Positions 26,027-38,590 are shown, counted from the stretch's first letter. The stretch is 64,000 nt of DNA from Eledone cirrhosa (GCA_964016885.1 OZ024741.1:168020001-168084000), one strand, 5' to 3'. Translations and numbers: made by a program. The notes: generated by a model from the sequence alone, not told the origin.

Positions 26027-26249
26027 CATATAAAAATCCAGCTATATAGAAAATTCACATACTTGCACGCGCACTCGTGCACACACAACAACAACAACAA
26101 TAGGATTTTTAATCTTTCTTCTAACAAGGCCATCTTTGACAGTGGCACCTTACTATAACACTGGATTGCTTAACAGTGGTTTCTCTGATAAAATGTCTTC
26201 CTCCCTCCTAATCACACTACCAGTAGATAGAAAAAAGAAATTAAAATAA

Positions 26250-26830
26250 TAATTTGGTTCTGCTCACCCTTCTCACTTGGAGTTAGAACTAATGTAGGTA
26301 ATAAATTCTTAACACTCCGAGACATGCACTTCTTTAAATACAGATCTATCTTTAATAGACACAGAGTGAAATCCCACATCACCACCAATATCAAGAGCCC
26401 TTCCTCACTTGGATGTTCTTGCAGAAAGATGGAATCATTCCCTCTACAACAACAAGGTACCACACCTGCTGGCGTCTATGAGGGTGAAGTTACAGCCACT
26501 CAACCGAATCAACTGCAGGAGGTCAAAACACATGTAGGTATACTGGAGGGCCAGTTTAAAGAATGCTTCCTTAACCAGACGACATTTAGACACTCTGATA
26601 ATGATCATTCAAGGATGCAGGCGTGAATTTCTCCCTTTAATGGAAAATTCTCACCAAATCGAAGCCATATGGAAATGGAGTGGCACCCTGTAAGTTGTGT
26701 ATTGATGAAAGAGTAAATATCTTGCAGAGGTTACGTAATAATACTTGCCTTAACAGGAAACCCAATGTTTTTAATCACTGCTCCCACGCTGCAATGTTTC
26801 TGTTATGTAACTGGAAGGATAACCAGAAGT
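26250..26830 (+). mobile_element. Penelope-like GIY-YIG endonuclease / C-terminal fragment
   Basis: CSCRKMESFPL...GVYEGEV...KTHVGILEGQFKE, then KPYGNGVAPCKLCIDERVNI...CLNRKPNVFNHCSH. Confidence 0.7.
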
Positions 26831-27069
26831 TTAACCTGGACTGAACTATCACAAACGATTGTTCTTCAAACATTGTCCCTCCTACAATAGTCTATTAGAG
26901 TTGAATCCATGCATAATCAAGCCAACTGATCAATACTTCCGTTCTCATTATAACCATAATTCTCAACTATAATTTGCTGATTTGTTATGGAACTAACTCT
27001 ATACTGAACTCGTCCTTTTGCTGAGTTCTCTACCAATTTCAGATATAACCTCCCAGTTTTTTTTACCAC

Positions 27070-27127
<58 letters not shown>

Positions 27128-27272
27128 AATACCTTGCTAGTGATCTATCCACCTTCTAGAAATCAACATCACGCTTAACAAATAAACCAAGACAAATTAA
27201 ATTACATATATGTATATATAAATTGTTCAATCAATTTTCTACATAGCTGGACTTTCATATATATATACAGGA

Positions 27273-27304
<32 letters not shown>

Positions 27305-27730
27305 GTACATACACACTCCTGTATATATATATTCCTGACTATATATATTTTGTTAAGCAAATAGTTTATTCCAATAAATGTATCTGTATCGGTTCATTTT
27401 TGTTGAGGGTATATGGATGGAAATTAGTTTTGACAATTGTGTGTGTGCAATGTGAATTACATAATGGAGTAGTGGTTACTGCAGAGTAATATAGAAACCA
27501 TGCAATAAACCGGCTATAGCTTGATCACATCCATCCAGTAATATGTTATTGTTCTACTGGAAGTGTTTGGTTATGGTTTTGAAGGGCATGATTGGTTTTA
27601 CTTTGTCTTGTGTGTTATGTATGAGGTGGATATAGGTTTATGGATTATATTTACTTCAGTTCGTCGATTTGTTTGATGTTTGATGTCAATTTGTTTGCAT
27701 TTAATTTAAAACAATTTGTGGCCATAAATT

Positions 27731-27789
<59 letters not shown>

Positions 27790-27791
<2 letters not shown>

Positions 27792-28343
27792 AAGACAATG
27801 TCACTGGACCGAGACCTTTGGCGGTACTCAGTAACAGAGAAGACCCGCCTTACCTAAATACAAAGTAAAACCTACTAGTCAGTAGGCATCTCTAACAAAA
27901 TACACCCCGTCCCACCCCATCCACACCGCCCCCTTCAATGCAAAGTTATGTTGGTGCCACAACATCCAGGCCGAAACAAATGAGATCGTGTAGGTGTCAC
28001 GACAAAAAAACAAGTCCACGCTGTAACGTGGCCGTGTAGGCAATACGGTAAAAACCTCCCAGTCCCACACTGTAAATGTGGTTGGTGTTAGGAAGGGCAT
28101 CCAGCTGTAGAAAACACGCCAGACAGTCCACGCTGTAATGTGGCCGTGTAGGCAACACGGTAAAAACCTCCCAGCCCCACACTGTAAATGTGGTTGGTGT
28201 TAGGAAGGGCATCCAGCTGTAGAAAACCCGCCAGACAGTCCTATGCGAGCAAGACAACCACTCTTGCCTCAAGTGGGAAAACCCCGTCCAAACCCATGCA
28301 AGCGTGGAACAGGGACGTTAAACGATGATGATGATGATGATGA
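27790..28343 (+). mobile_element. 5'-truncated young RTE copy (ORF end + 3' UTR with ~115-bp internal duplication)
   Basis: Near-identical to 35893-36330. The AGTCCACGCTGTAA...GTAGAAAAC unit occurs twice. (GAT)n tail. Confidence 0.95.
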
Positions 28344-28722
28344 TTGGTAAAAGGAAAAGAAAATGCTGACAAATTGTTCCCAGTAAAAAATAGTTTAATT
28401 AGGAATAAGTAAAAATTAGTAATAGTATTGGTTAGTATTCAGTTTTGGTTTTAAGTTTTACCGGATGCGCATTTCTAATGCTTTTCAAAAATAATTTTGA
28501 GATAGAGCGCCCGTGATGTTTGCTCTAATCTGATTAGTTTTGGAAATTCTACCTGTTTTATGTAAAAAAAAGTGGCTCCAGATGTATGAAAAAATTCTTG
28601 TGGTCAAAACAATTTTGATTGGTCGGTAGAGGTCATGTGAATGTTAAAAATTGATTTTGCGCCAAAAGTAGGTTTGTCTCGGCTGATTGAGAAGTCACTG
28701 AAAAATAAGTCTTTCAAGACAA

Positions 28723-28766
<44 letters not shown>

Positions 28767-29069
28767 TAGTAGTAAAGAGGTTCGTTGTTGTGATAATGGT
28801 CAGCAGGGATGTGTGTGCGAACCGCAGCCTGTTGACAGTTCAAATGCCTATTAAGACAAGTGTGTGTGTGTGTAGCAGAGTAATTCGTGGTATAGGGATG
28901 ATCAGTAGGAATATGTCTGTACGTGTGTGGAGGATATTTTAACATGTTAAAAGATATTGTTCAGTTCTTGTCTTATACGGAGAAGTGTGTGTGTGTGTGT
29001 GTATATGTCTCTTTGTATGTTAATGTACGCGTGTGTATGTGTGTGTGTGTATATATGTGTGTGTGTGTG

Positions 29070-29147
<78 letters not shown>

Positions 29148-30001
29148 TGTGTGTGGGTGTGGGTGGGCCATTATTTTTGTGATACTGGTAAAAATGGTGT
29201 ACATTATTCGATATTTTCAGTAAAAACGATTCTCTCAATAGAACATCAAAAACCTTAATAATAAAAGGTGTGAAATGATATATAGTATTGGCATAATACC
29301 AAGGTGTGTGTGAGTGTCCAGATTGTACGTACTGCAAGGGGAATCCATTAGGCCTTGCCGTATTGGAATACTTGTGTACAAGTGTGCAATGCATGTGTGC
29401 GTATATGTATGTGTGTGTGTCGGCACGTTTATATCTATAGACATCAAAAGGTATGCAAATTTGTGTATATTTGTGTTGCACCATAGAACATGTGTGTTTA
29501 CGTATGTCGTTGTGTTTATATGTGGATAGAGATGTATGCTGATGTAGGTATGTATGTTGATGTGTGTATGTTGTGAGTTCGTCTTAGGGAGAAGTGTTTA
29601 GACGGGGTCCGTATTTGTATATATAGACGGGGTCCGTATATATAGTAATAATAATAAATGTGAAGACTAAAATCCAAAGAGGGCTTGATAAGGATAATAA
29701 TATATCAAATATATAAGAACCCTAGAGCAAATATTTATTAAAATACAGATTAAAGTTTAAGCAAAGAATCGCTGCTTTCACCCTTAACGGATCTTCTGAA
29801 ACTAAAAAATTAATCTGTGAACGTAGAAGTAAATATTTCGAAAAACTTTGCAACCGAAGGAAAACAGGAAGACGATACTTTGGTTCGTTAAGACGTTCCC
29901 TGGCAAAGAACGGGAAAAGCGAAGATAATACGTTGTTGTGTGGAACATGAGAACAATTACACGCAAAGACAAAACCACGTTTATGGTATAAATGAAGTCA
30001 T

Positions 30002-31100
30002 AGACTAATACATTTCAGATCGGCCCTCCCAGCCGTCGCTAAGTTCGGATACATAAGGAACGAACTAACACGTATCCGGAACAAATGCACCGACGCTAGA
30101 GACCGAGACACACACACACCACTGGAAGTACTCAAACTGAACGGATACCCGACGTCCACCACGAACCGTGCCAGAAAGAACAGAGGACACCACACCCGAG
30201 GCACTAACACCTGCTTCCCACACTTCAGTGACGAAACAACAACAGCTATCCGCAGAGCTATCAGACGAGAGGGACTAGATATTCAACTAGCCCACTCAGG
30301 GCCTTCTTTACGCGGACAGCTAACCAAAAGACACTCCACCAGACATGACAGCCGCTGCAGGCTAGTCAACAGCCCCATCAACGACACAGACCTATGCCAC
30401 CAGGGTTACGTCGTATACAGATTAGAGTGCGACAAATGCAGCAACTTCTACGTAGGTTGCACCACCAGACCACTTCACATAAGAATAAAAGAACACCTCA
30501 ATACTAACGCTTCCTCATTTAAGAAACACCTAGTGAAATGCAAAAAACACCGACAAAAACATAACAGTTAGAATAGAAACTAAGGAAAGAAACCTCGGCA
30601 ATCTTAGAATTAAGGAAGCACTGATTATAGACAAAACACAACCACCAATCAATAATAGACTAGAACTCAACACCCAATTTATAACTTGATAGAGCACCTA
30701 GCTCCATACTTACACCCCCCTCTCTCACACACACACACACACGCACACACGTTTACACCTCCACTTATTCTCTCTCACACACATACACACACAAAGACCA
30801 GTTCTAACACGATAGAGCATCTATCCCCTACATTTACGTATAAACATATCTTCTCACACTCACACACACACATACTTTCACCTTCACGTATTCTCCCACA
30901 CACTTAAACATACATGTAGAAAACCCATTTTATCCACCCTCTTTATCCACCTAGCCTTCACTCTTTGACATTAGAGATAGAACAGATTCTCTATACCATT
31001 TCCTGTCAGCATGACTTGGCAAGCTATTTAGAACGCTGGTTTAACCACTTTACTTCCCTCCGAAGAAGAGATATTATCTCGAAAATTAAGGATATTTAAA
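30002..31100 (+). mobile_element. Penelope-like element 3' part (thumb + GIY-YIG) with UTR and hammerhead-like motif
   Basis: Met-less frame LIHFRSALP...LKLNGYP...VVYRLECDKCSNFYVGCTTRPLHIRIKEH, then LRIKEALIIDKTQPPINNRLE. Hammerhead-like motif at 31056-31091. Confidence 0.88.
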
Positions 31101-31173
31101 TAAATTTAAGGTAAAAGACTAATTGTCAACAATATCTTTTGTATTTGCATTTATATTCTATATCCATACCTGC

Positions 31174-31242
<69 letters not shown>

Positions 31243-31556
31243 AGAAGCAAACAACATCGAGAGATCAATTTATTGTAACCATAGACTCAAAGAGAAGTTT
31301 TCGCACTACAAATCGAACCCTTAACCTCTTACTACCAACTGACAAACTGCATATACTTAGACTTTATACCCTCTTGTTGTATCTAAACCCTTTTAATTAC
31401 CCACAAAACCAATACCTATATCCCCCTCTTCTCCCTCATTCCTCTTCTATTTCTTCATTTTCTTCCTTCTGTCCCTCCCCTTCTTGGCTATTGTTTCTTT
31501 TCTTCTTTCTCACCCCCTTCTTTGCTTTTATTTTTGTCATTATTATCTTTATCTTT

Positions 31557-31601
<45 letters not shown>

Positions 31602-32069
31602 CTCTTTATATCTCCTCCCCCTCTCTCTCTCCCTCTCTATCCATCCCTCCCACTATGATCAATTTAATTCTCTTTAACTCACTACATTCCATGACATGAA
31701 GTCTGCTATCAAAACTGACCAAGGAATCCTTCCACCTCTACCCTCCCTCCATCTCAGTTTGTCACTCTACTTCCTACCTCTTCCCCCTTCCTCTCTCTCT
31801 CTATACTATTCCGTCTGTCCCCTCACCTTCTGATTCCTCTCTCTATATACCAGTAAATACAATTCCAAATAAATGTTTTTCTCTATATATTAAGAATTAT
31901 TTCAAGAGTAACTTACTCACTATTTTGAAAATTTGGACTGTGAACAACAATTATAATTGAGTGGCTGCTATTTGCAGTATAGCAATATAAGGTTGCACTT
32001 ACCAATGAAACGGTCGTAAATACCTGGATAAAATCCTTCTCTTAATGCTTACCTGTGTTTTCTCTTTTA

Positions 32070-32282
<213 letters not shown>

Positions 32283-32298
32283 TGTGTGTGTATATATA

Positions 32299-32690
32299 TG
32301 GAGGCACATGGCTTAGTGGTTAGAGCATTGGCATTGCAATCGAAACGTTGTGAGCTCAGACCGGGTGATGTGTTGTTTCCTTGAGCAAGACACTTTATTT
32401 CACATTGCTCCAGTTTACTCAGCTGTAGAAATGAGCTGATAGGGACTGGGGTCCCTATCATTCCACTGCAAAGTGGTCGTGGAGGTGCCACAGCAAAAAA
32501 GCACCCAATCCACACTGTAAAGTGGACGTGTAGGCGCCACGGAAAAAAAAGCATCCAGCACTCACTGTAAATGAGGTTGGTGTTAGGAAGTGCATCCAGC
32601 TGTAGAAATCAAGCCAGAATCAGTTCCCGTCCCACCCTAGCAAGCAGGGAAAAAGTGGACGTAAAATGAAATGATGAAATGATGATGATA
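32299..32690 (+). mobile_element. CORE-type tRNA-derived SINE with RTE-like tail
   Basis: A box TGGCTTAGTGG; B box partly deleted relative to the 7990 copy; CORE-like domain; one extra tail subunit; (GAT)n end. Confidence 0.9.
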
Positions 32691-33000
32691 TATATATATA
32701 AAGATGACGATGATGTATGTATGTATATACATACACATACACACACACACATATATATACATACAAAGGGAAAGAAAGAGCAAGTAAGAAATCATCAAAG
32801 CATAAAATGACCACTACATTCTTAACACAGGAAACATCTCCAAGCAGTTACAATTACATTAATATCTAGGATTTAGGCTTAGAGCTGGGTAAACAACATT
32901 GAATCATCAACAGTTACAAAGTGAAAACTATCAATGGAAGACCTGATAAAAAATCATAAAGAGATTAAATGTTTTAATGTGATTTTACCAATATGGACAT

Positions 33001-35973
33001 ATGATTATATGTACTGATAGGAATATGTATGTATATATATATATATATATATATATCATTGAGGGTAAAAAACGATGTTATAAGCTTTTCTGGGTGGGAA
33101 ACGACGATGGGCTGGGTGGAGTAGGAATCATGGTAGCAGAAAAGTGGGCGGATAAGTTAATAGACGTAAATAGAGTGAACGACAGAATAATTAAAATACG
33201 ACTTGTCCTCAATAGAACTACGGTGACAGTAATATCTGCGTATGCACCCCAATCCGGACTGCCCGGCACTATAAAAGACAGATTCTATGAGACACTGATG
33301 CTCACTACCTCCCAAATATCTGACAGTGACTATATAATTATTGCAGGCGACCTAAATGGTCACGTTGGGCAACATTGTGACGGCTACGACGAAATCCATG
33401 GAGGCTATGGGTTTGGTACTAGAAATGAGGAAGGCTCCAGAATCCTGGAATTCTGTGATGCAAATAACCTAACTATCTGTAACACTAACTTCAAAAAACG
33501 TGACAATCACCTGATCACCTATAGATCCGGGGAACACACAAGCCAGGTAGATTATATCCTTACCAGAAGACGTGACAGAGTGTCTGTTGTAAACACTAAA
33601 TCCCTCCCCCATGAAGAATGCACCTCCCAACATAGACTGATAATTAGCGACCTCATAGTCAGGTCGAGACGTACTCGACAGCAGAAGAGGACTATCCTCA
33701 GGAGAAAAATATGGAAGCTAAAGGACCCCACAGCCAAAAATAAATTTCAAAACATATTACTTGATGCTTTCGACAGTAAGGAAGAACACTTAGAGTCGGA
33801 CAATATAGAGGGACAGTGGGAATTTCTGAAAGCAAACCTGCTGTTGGCCACAGACGAAGTCTGTGGCTGGAGCAGGCCTGTAGGCAGGAGGAGAGTAACA
33901 TGGTGGTGGAACAGTAAGGTGGAGGAGTCAATTAAGGCCAAAAAGCAGGCTTGGAAAGTATGGCGGGATGGGGGAAGTAGAGTAGACTATCAAGTGGCCA
34001 GGAGGGAAGCTAGGAGAGAAGTGTACTTAGCAAGAAGGGAAGCTGAGGAAAGAAAGTTCAAGCATGTCCTACAACGCGATGACCAAAAACGTGAGGTGTT
34101 CAGGATTGCTAGGCAATGCGTCAAGGAAAACCGTGATATTGTCGGGGAGAAGTGTGTACTTAACGATGATGGCATACTTGCCATCACCGACACTGATAAG
34201 AAGGCAGCTTGGAAGTGTCACTATGAAAGGCTACTAAATGAGGAGAATAAATGGGAGAAAGACAGTCTCCCCCATGTCGACCCAATAGAGGGACCAGCAG
34301 TGTTAGTCGAGGGGAGTATAATAAGTAAGGCAATCAAGGATATGAAGACAGGTAAGGCGGCTGGGCCTTCGGAAATAGTTGCTGAGATGCTGAAGGCATC
34401 TGGCACGGTGGGACACACCATGGTCACCCGCATAGTTAACCAAGTCGTACAGAATGGGGTTGTTCCGAAGGACTGGCATAGCAGCATCATCGTTAACTGT
34501 TATAAGGGTAAAGGAGACGCCCTAGATAGGAGTAACTATAGAGGCATTAAATTAATCGACCAGGTCATGAAGGTCACAGAAAAAGTAATAGCGCAACTAA
34601 TCAGAGAGAGAATTGACCTAGATGAAATGCAGTTCGGGTTTGTGTCAGGCAAAAGTACCACAGACGCTCTTTTCATAGTACGACAACTACAGGAGAAGTA
34701 CCTAGCTAAAGGTAAACCCCTCTACTTAGCTTTTGTCAACTTGGAGAAAGCCTTCGACAGAGTCCCCCGCTCCATTATCTGGTGGGCTCTTAGAAAACTA
34801 GGCGTTGACGAATGGCTTGTGAGGGCTATACAAGCCATGTATAAAGAAACAGTCAGCAAGGTTAGAATTAACAACGAATATAGTGAAGAGTTTAGCGTAA
34901 AAGTTGGCGTCCATCAGGGCTCTGTTCTCAGCCCCCTACTATTTATTATTGCCCTTCAGGCTATAACAGAGGAGTTCAAGACAGGCTGCCCATGGGAACT
35001 CCTATACGCAGACGACCTGACACTCATAGCGGAATCAATGGCCGAGCTAGAGAAGAAATTCCAAACATGGAAGCACGGCCTAGAGTCAAAAGGACTTAAA
35101 ATTAACCTGGCTAAGACCAAAGTTCTAGTTTGTAGGAAAGAAAACAAGGCGGCGGTCCCTTCTGGGAAATGGTCGTGCTCGGTGTGTAGGAAAGGCGTAG
35201 GTAGAAACTCCATTTTGTGTCCTAAATGCAAAGTATGGGTGCATAAAAGATGTAGTGGGATCACAGGTAAGCTAACTAAGAACATAGATTTTACATGTGG
35301 CCGGTGTTCTGGTGCAATAAGTAGCAGCAAGTGCCCACACAATACTAGCTCTTTCAATTGCGCAGAGGGTTCTATAGAAATAGTGGACAGCTTCCGTTAC
35401 CTGGGCGATAAAATCAGCAGTGGGGGAGGGTGCTCTGAAAGTACTGTAGCTAGAGTCAGAACTGGTTGGAAAAAGTTCAGAGAGCTTATACCACTATTAG
35501 CTGCTAAAGGGTTCTCCCTAAAAATGAAAGGCAGGTTGTACGATGCCTGCATACGAACAGCAATGTTGCATGGCAGTGAGACCTGGGCATTGTGTGCAGA
35601 GGATATACGCAGACTAGAGAGGAACGAAGCTTGCATGCTCCGCTGGATGTGTAACAGTAATATACGTGAACGGCAAAGCATAAACGAACTAAGGAAAAAA
35701 TTAGAGATAAGAGGGATCAGATGTTGTTTACTCGAGAGAAGGCTACGTTGGTATGGACACGTGATGCGCATGAAAGTCGATAGCTGTATAACAAAGTGCA
35801 GGGCAATAAAGATAGACGGTAGCCACGGAATAGGCAGACCTAGAAAAACCTGGGACGAGCTGATAAACTCCGACCTCACACACTTACACCTCTCCAAGAC
35901 AATGTCACTGGACCGAGACCTTTGGCGGTACTCAGTAACAGAGAAGACCCGCCTTGCCAGTAGGCATCTCTAA
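33001..35973 (+). CDS. RTE polyprotein (APE endonuclease, RT with inserted PHD-type finger); probably non-functional
   Basis: SAYAPQ, GDLNGHVG, SQVDYIL, SQHRL, QFGF, GVHQGSVLSPLLF, YADD. The first ~19 aa derive from flanking DNA. Motif A reads FVNLEKAFD. Confidence 0.85.
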   Translation: MIICTDRNMYVYIYIYIYIIEGKKRCYKLFWVGNDDGLGGVGIMVAEKWADKLIDVNRVNDRIIKIRLVLNRTTVTVISAYAPQSGLPGTIKDRFYETLMLTTSQISDSDYIIIAGDLNGHVGQHCDGYDEIHGGYGFGTRNEEGSRILEFCDANNLTICNTNFKKRDNHLITYRSGEHTSQVDYILTRRRDRVSVVNTKSLPHEECTSQHRLIISDLIVRSRRTRQQKRTILRRKIWKLKDPTAKNKFQNILLDAFDSKEEHLESDNIEGQWEFLKANLLLATDEVCGWSRPVGRRRVTWWWNSKVEESIKAKKQAWKVWRDGGSRVDYQVARREARREVYLARREAEERKFKHVLQRDDQKREVFRIARQCVKENRDIVGEKCVLNDDGILAITDTDKKAAWKCHYERLLNEENKWEKDSLPHVDPIEGPAVLVEGSIISKAIKDMKTGKAAGPSEIVAEMLKASGTVGHTMVTRIVNQVVQNGVVPKDWHSSIIVNCYKGKGDALDRSNYRGIKLIDQVMKVTEKVIAQLIRERIDLDEMQFGFVSGKSTTDALFIVRQLQEKYLAKGKPLYLAFVNLEKAFDRVPRSIIWWALRKLGVDEWLVRAIQAMYKETVSKVRINNEYSEEFSVKVGVHQGSVLSPLLFIIALQAITEEFKTGCPWELLYADDLTLIAESMAELEKKFQTWKHGLESKGLKINLAKTKVLVCRKENKAAVPSGKWSCSVCRKGVGRNSILCPKCKVWVHKRCSGITGKLTKNIDFTCGRCSGAISSSKCPHNTSSFNCAEGSIEIVDSFRYLGDKISSGGGCSESTVARVRTGWKKFRELIPLLAAKGFSLKMKGRLYDACIRTAMLHGSETWALCAEDIRRLERNEACMLRWMCNSNIRERQSINELRKKLEIRGIRCCLLERRLRWYGHVMRMKVDSCITKCRAIKIDGSHGIGRPRKTWDELINSDLTHLHLSKTMSLDRDLWRYSVTEKTRLASRHL

Positions 35974-36332
35974 CAAAATACACCCCGTCCCACCACCACC
36001 ACCCCCACCCCATCCACACCACCCCGTCCTATGTAAAGTTATGTTGGTGCCGCGCCATCCGGGCCGAAACAAATGAGGTCGTGTAGGTGTCACGACAAAA
36101 AACACACAGTCCACGCTGTAATGTGGCCGTGTAGGCAACACAGTAAAAACCTCCCAGACCCACACTGTAAATGTGGTTGGTGTTAGGAAGGGCATCCAAC
36201 TGTAGAAAACCTGCCAGACAGTCCTATGCGAGCAAGACAATCACTCTTGCCTCAAGTGGGACTACCCCCGTCCAAACCCATGCAAGCGTGGAACACGGAC
36301 GTTAAACGTTGATGATGATGATGATGATGATG
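33057..36332 (+). mobile_element. Young RTE-clade LINE, 5' truncated
   Basis: Uninterrupted APE + RT frame, 3' UTR and (GAT)n tail, inserted in (TA)n. Confidence 0.97.
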
Positions 36333-36403
36333 CACATATATATATATACATATATTATACACACACACACATACACACATATATATAATATATATATATA
36401 TAT

Positions 36404-36480
<77 letters not shown>

Positions 36481-36533
36481 TATATATATATATACATATA
36501 TTATACACACACACACATACACACATATATATA

Positions 36534-36567
<34 letters not shown>

Positions 36568-36568
36568 C

Positions 36569-36623
<55 letters not shown>

Positions 36624-36794
36624 TATTTATGATTGCCTGATTGTAAACACTACTGAATATGTAAATAAGAGATAAAACATTTACACTTTCCAATTTGACT
36701 GACGAATGAAGCAGCAATATCAGCTTGCTTCAGGAAATTCTGAATACCTAGGAATTTATATGCCAGTTTGCCATGTGTTTTACATTATATAATA

Positions 36795-37140
36795 TCATCA
36801 TCATCATCATCGTTTAACGTGCATCTTCCACGCTTGCATGGGTTTGGACGGGAGTTTTCCCCCTTGAGGCAAGATTGGTTGTCCTGCTCGTATAGAACTG
36901 TCAGTCGGATTTTCTACGGTTGGATGCCCTTCCTAACACCAACCACGTTTACAGTGTGGACTGGGAGGTTTTTACCGTGTTACCTACACGGCCACATTAC
37001 AGCGTGGACTGTGTGTTTTTTTGTTGTGACACCTACACGTCCTCATTTGTTTTGGACTGGATGTTGTGGTACCAACATAACTTCACATTGAAGGGGGTGG
37101 TGTGGATGGGGTGGGGGTAGTGGGACAGGGGTGTATTTTT
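36795..37140 (-). mobile_element. RTE 3' UTR-only copy
   Basis: Reverse complement of ~35973-36330 with a (CAT)n tail. Confidence 0.92.
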
Positions 37141-38241
37141 TAAAAATATATATATATATATATATATGATGTATTTTGGGAGGGCCATATAGTTATAATA
37201 TTGCCAAATATATAATAAAACACACTCACTGTTTGGTTTGGGTTGGTTTTCGCTTCTTATATCCCTATAGTTAATTTAGCTAGCAATCAATGTTTATCAT
37301 TGATTGACCAACAGTTAAAAATATAGACATAAATATATATATAATTCTTAGAGTTCTTTCATTATACACCTGTGACATCATTACTGATGATGTCACCATG
37401 TTGCAGTGAAGACTGGGCGTTTTTTGTCTTGGACCTACTTGACCACTTTATAGTGTGGACTGGCCACTTTTTATTGTGTCACCAAGATGAACACTTAACA
37501 GTGTGGCCTGGGCACTGGGGTGGGGTAGGAGCATAGAGATTGGAGAGATAGATCTGGAATGAGGGCACTTATCTGGTGAATGGTGGGTGTTAGGACGTTT
37601 AAATATTATAGACCTAACAATGTCAATTAACAACCTTTATTTCAACTAACACTTAACCTGATACTAAATCCTTATTAATATTTATATAGATCATATGATA
37701 TATTTGTTTAATTAGTATACTATTGCATCTACCTTCTTTCTTTGACCTTAATAATAATAGGTACTTAAATATAATTGATGTGACCACTTCATTCTATTGG
37801 TACCATAATTTTGATAATTTCAGAGGATGTATTAGATAGACGTTTAGCAAATAAATTCAACTATGACCATACAATTTGAATAGTACTTATTCTGATGTTA
37901 AATCCATTGTATTGTAATAATCTATAGTTAGGCTCATACATTTATATATTATAAAATATACTGACATATTATCAACAAGTTATATCAATGTATTCAGTAT
38001 AATAAATTATCCTATCTCATCTTAACCACGTCAAAGTCTGAACTAAATAAATTATATTTCTTTATAATATATTAATTTTCCTAAATACCTCACACTCTGA
38101 TATTTCTTTGCCATATATAAAATATTCTTTAAATAAGTGTAAATGTTTAACATATATCAATTCAAATATATGTACTTAGCAATAATATTTAGATACTGAT
38201 AAATTTAAAGTGTACTTTGTAAATTTAGCATCAGTTCAAAT

Positions 38242-38590
38242 TGTAGTGACCTACATTCCGCGGGCTCACATACATTCTCTGTGCGTGATTTGGCTCAGTT
38301 CAGCCAATCAGCGCCAGTGGAAGAGGATGTATCCCTACGCGCCCTGAGGAAGAAATTCCCCACGAAGATTTGAAGAATCTCTCTCTTGTACCAGGAATTT
38401 CGAACCAGCAACACACATAATGTAACGGTGAGATTTTGCACCCTAGCCTCGCCGGCTTTCCGGCGCAATGTAACTTCAACCATATAAGTTAACAAACATT
38501 GTTTGTGCTACATCAAAAATAAACATACATTTCATCTCTATTTTCTGCTGTTGAAATCATTATTATGTTACTCGTGTCTCAATAACATCT
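38242..38590 (+). mobile_element. LTR-like element related to 24493-24950 (3' boundary uncertain)
   Basis: Starts TGTAGTGACCTACATTCCGCGGGCTC. CAGCCAATCAG box, AATAAA near 38518, PBS-like TGGCGACC at 38611. Confidence 0.55.

Noticed and set aside
34956-35897. Antisense ORFs within the RTE copies
   Set aside because: Shadows of the sense ORF with no recognisable domain.
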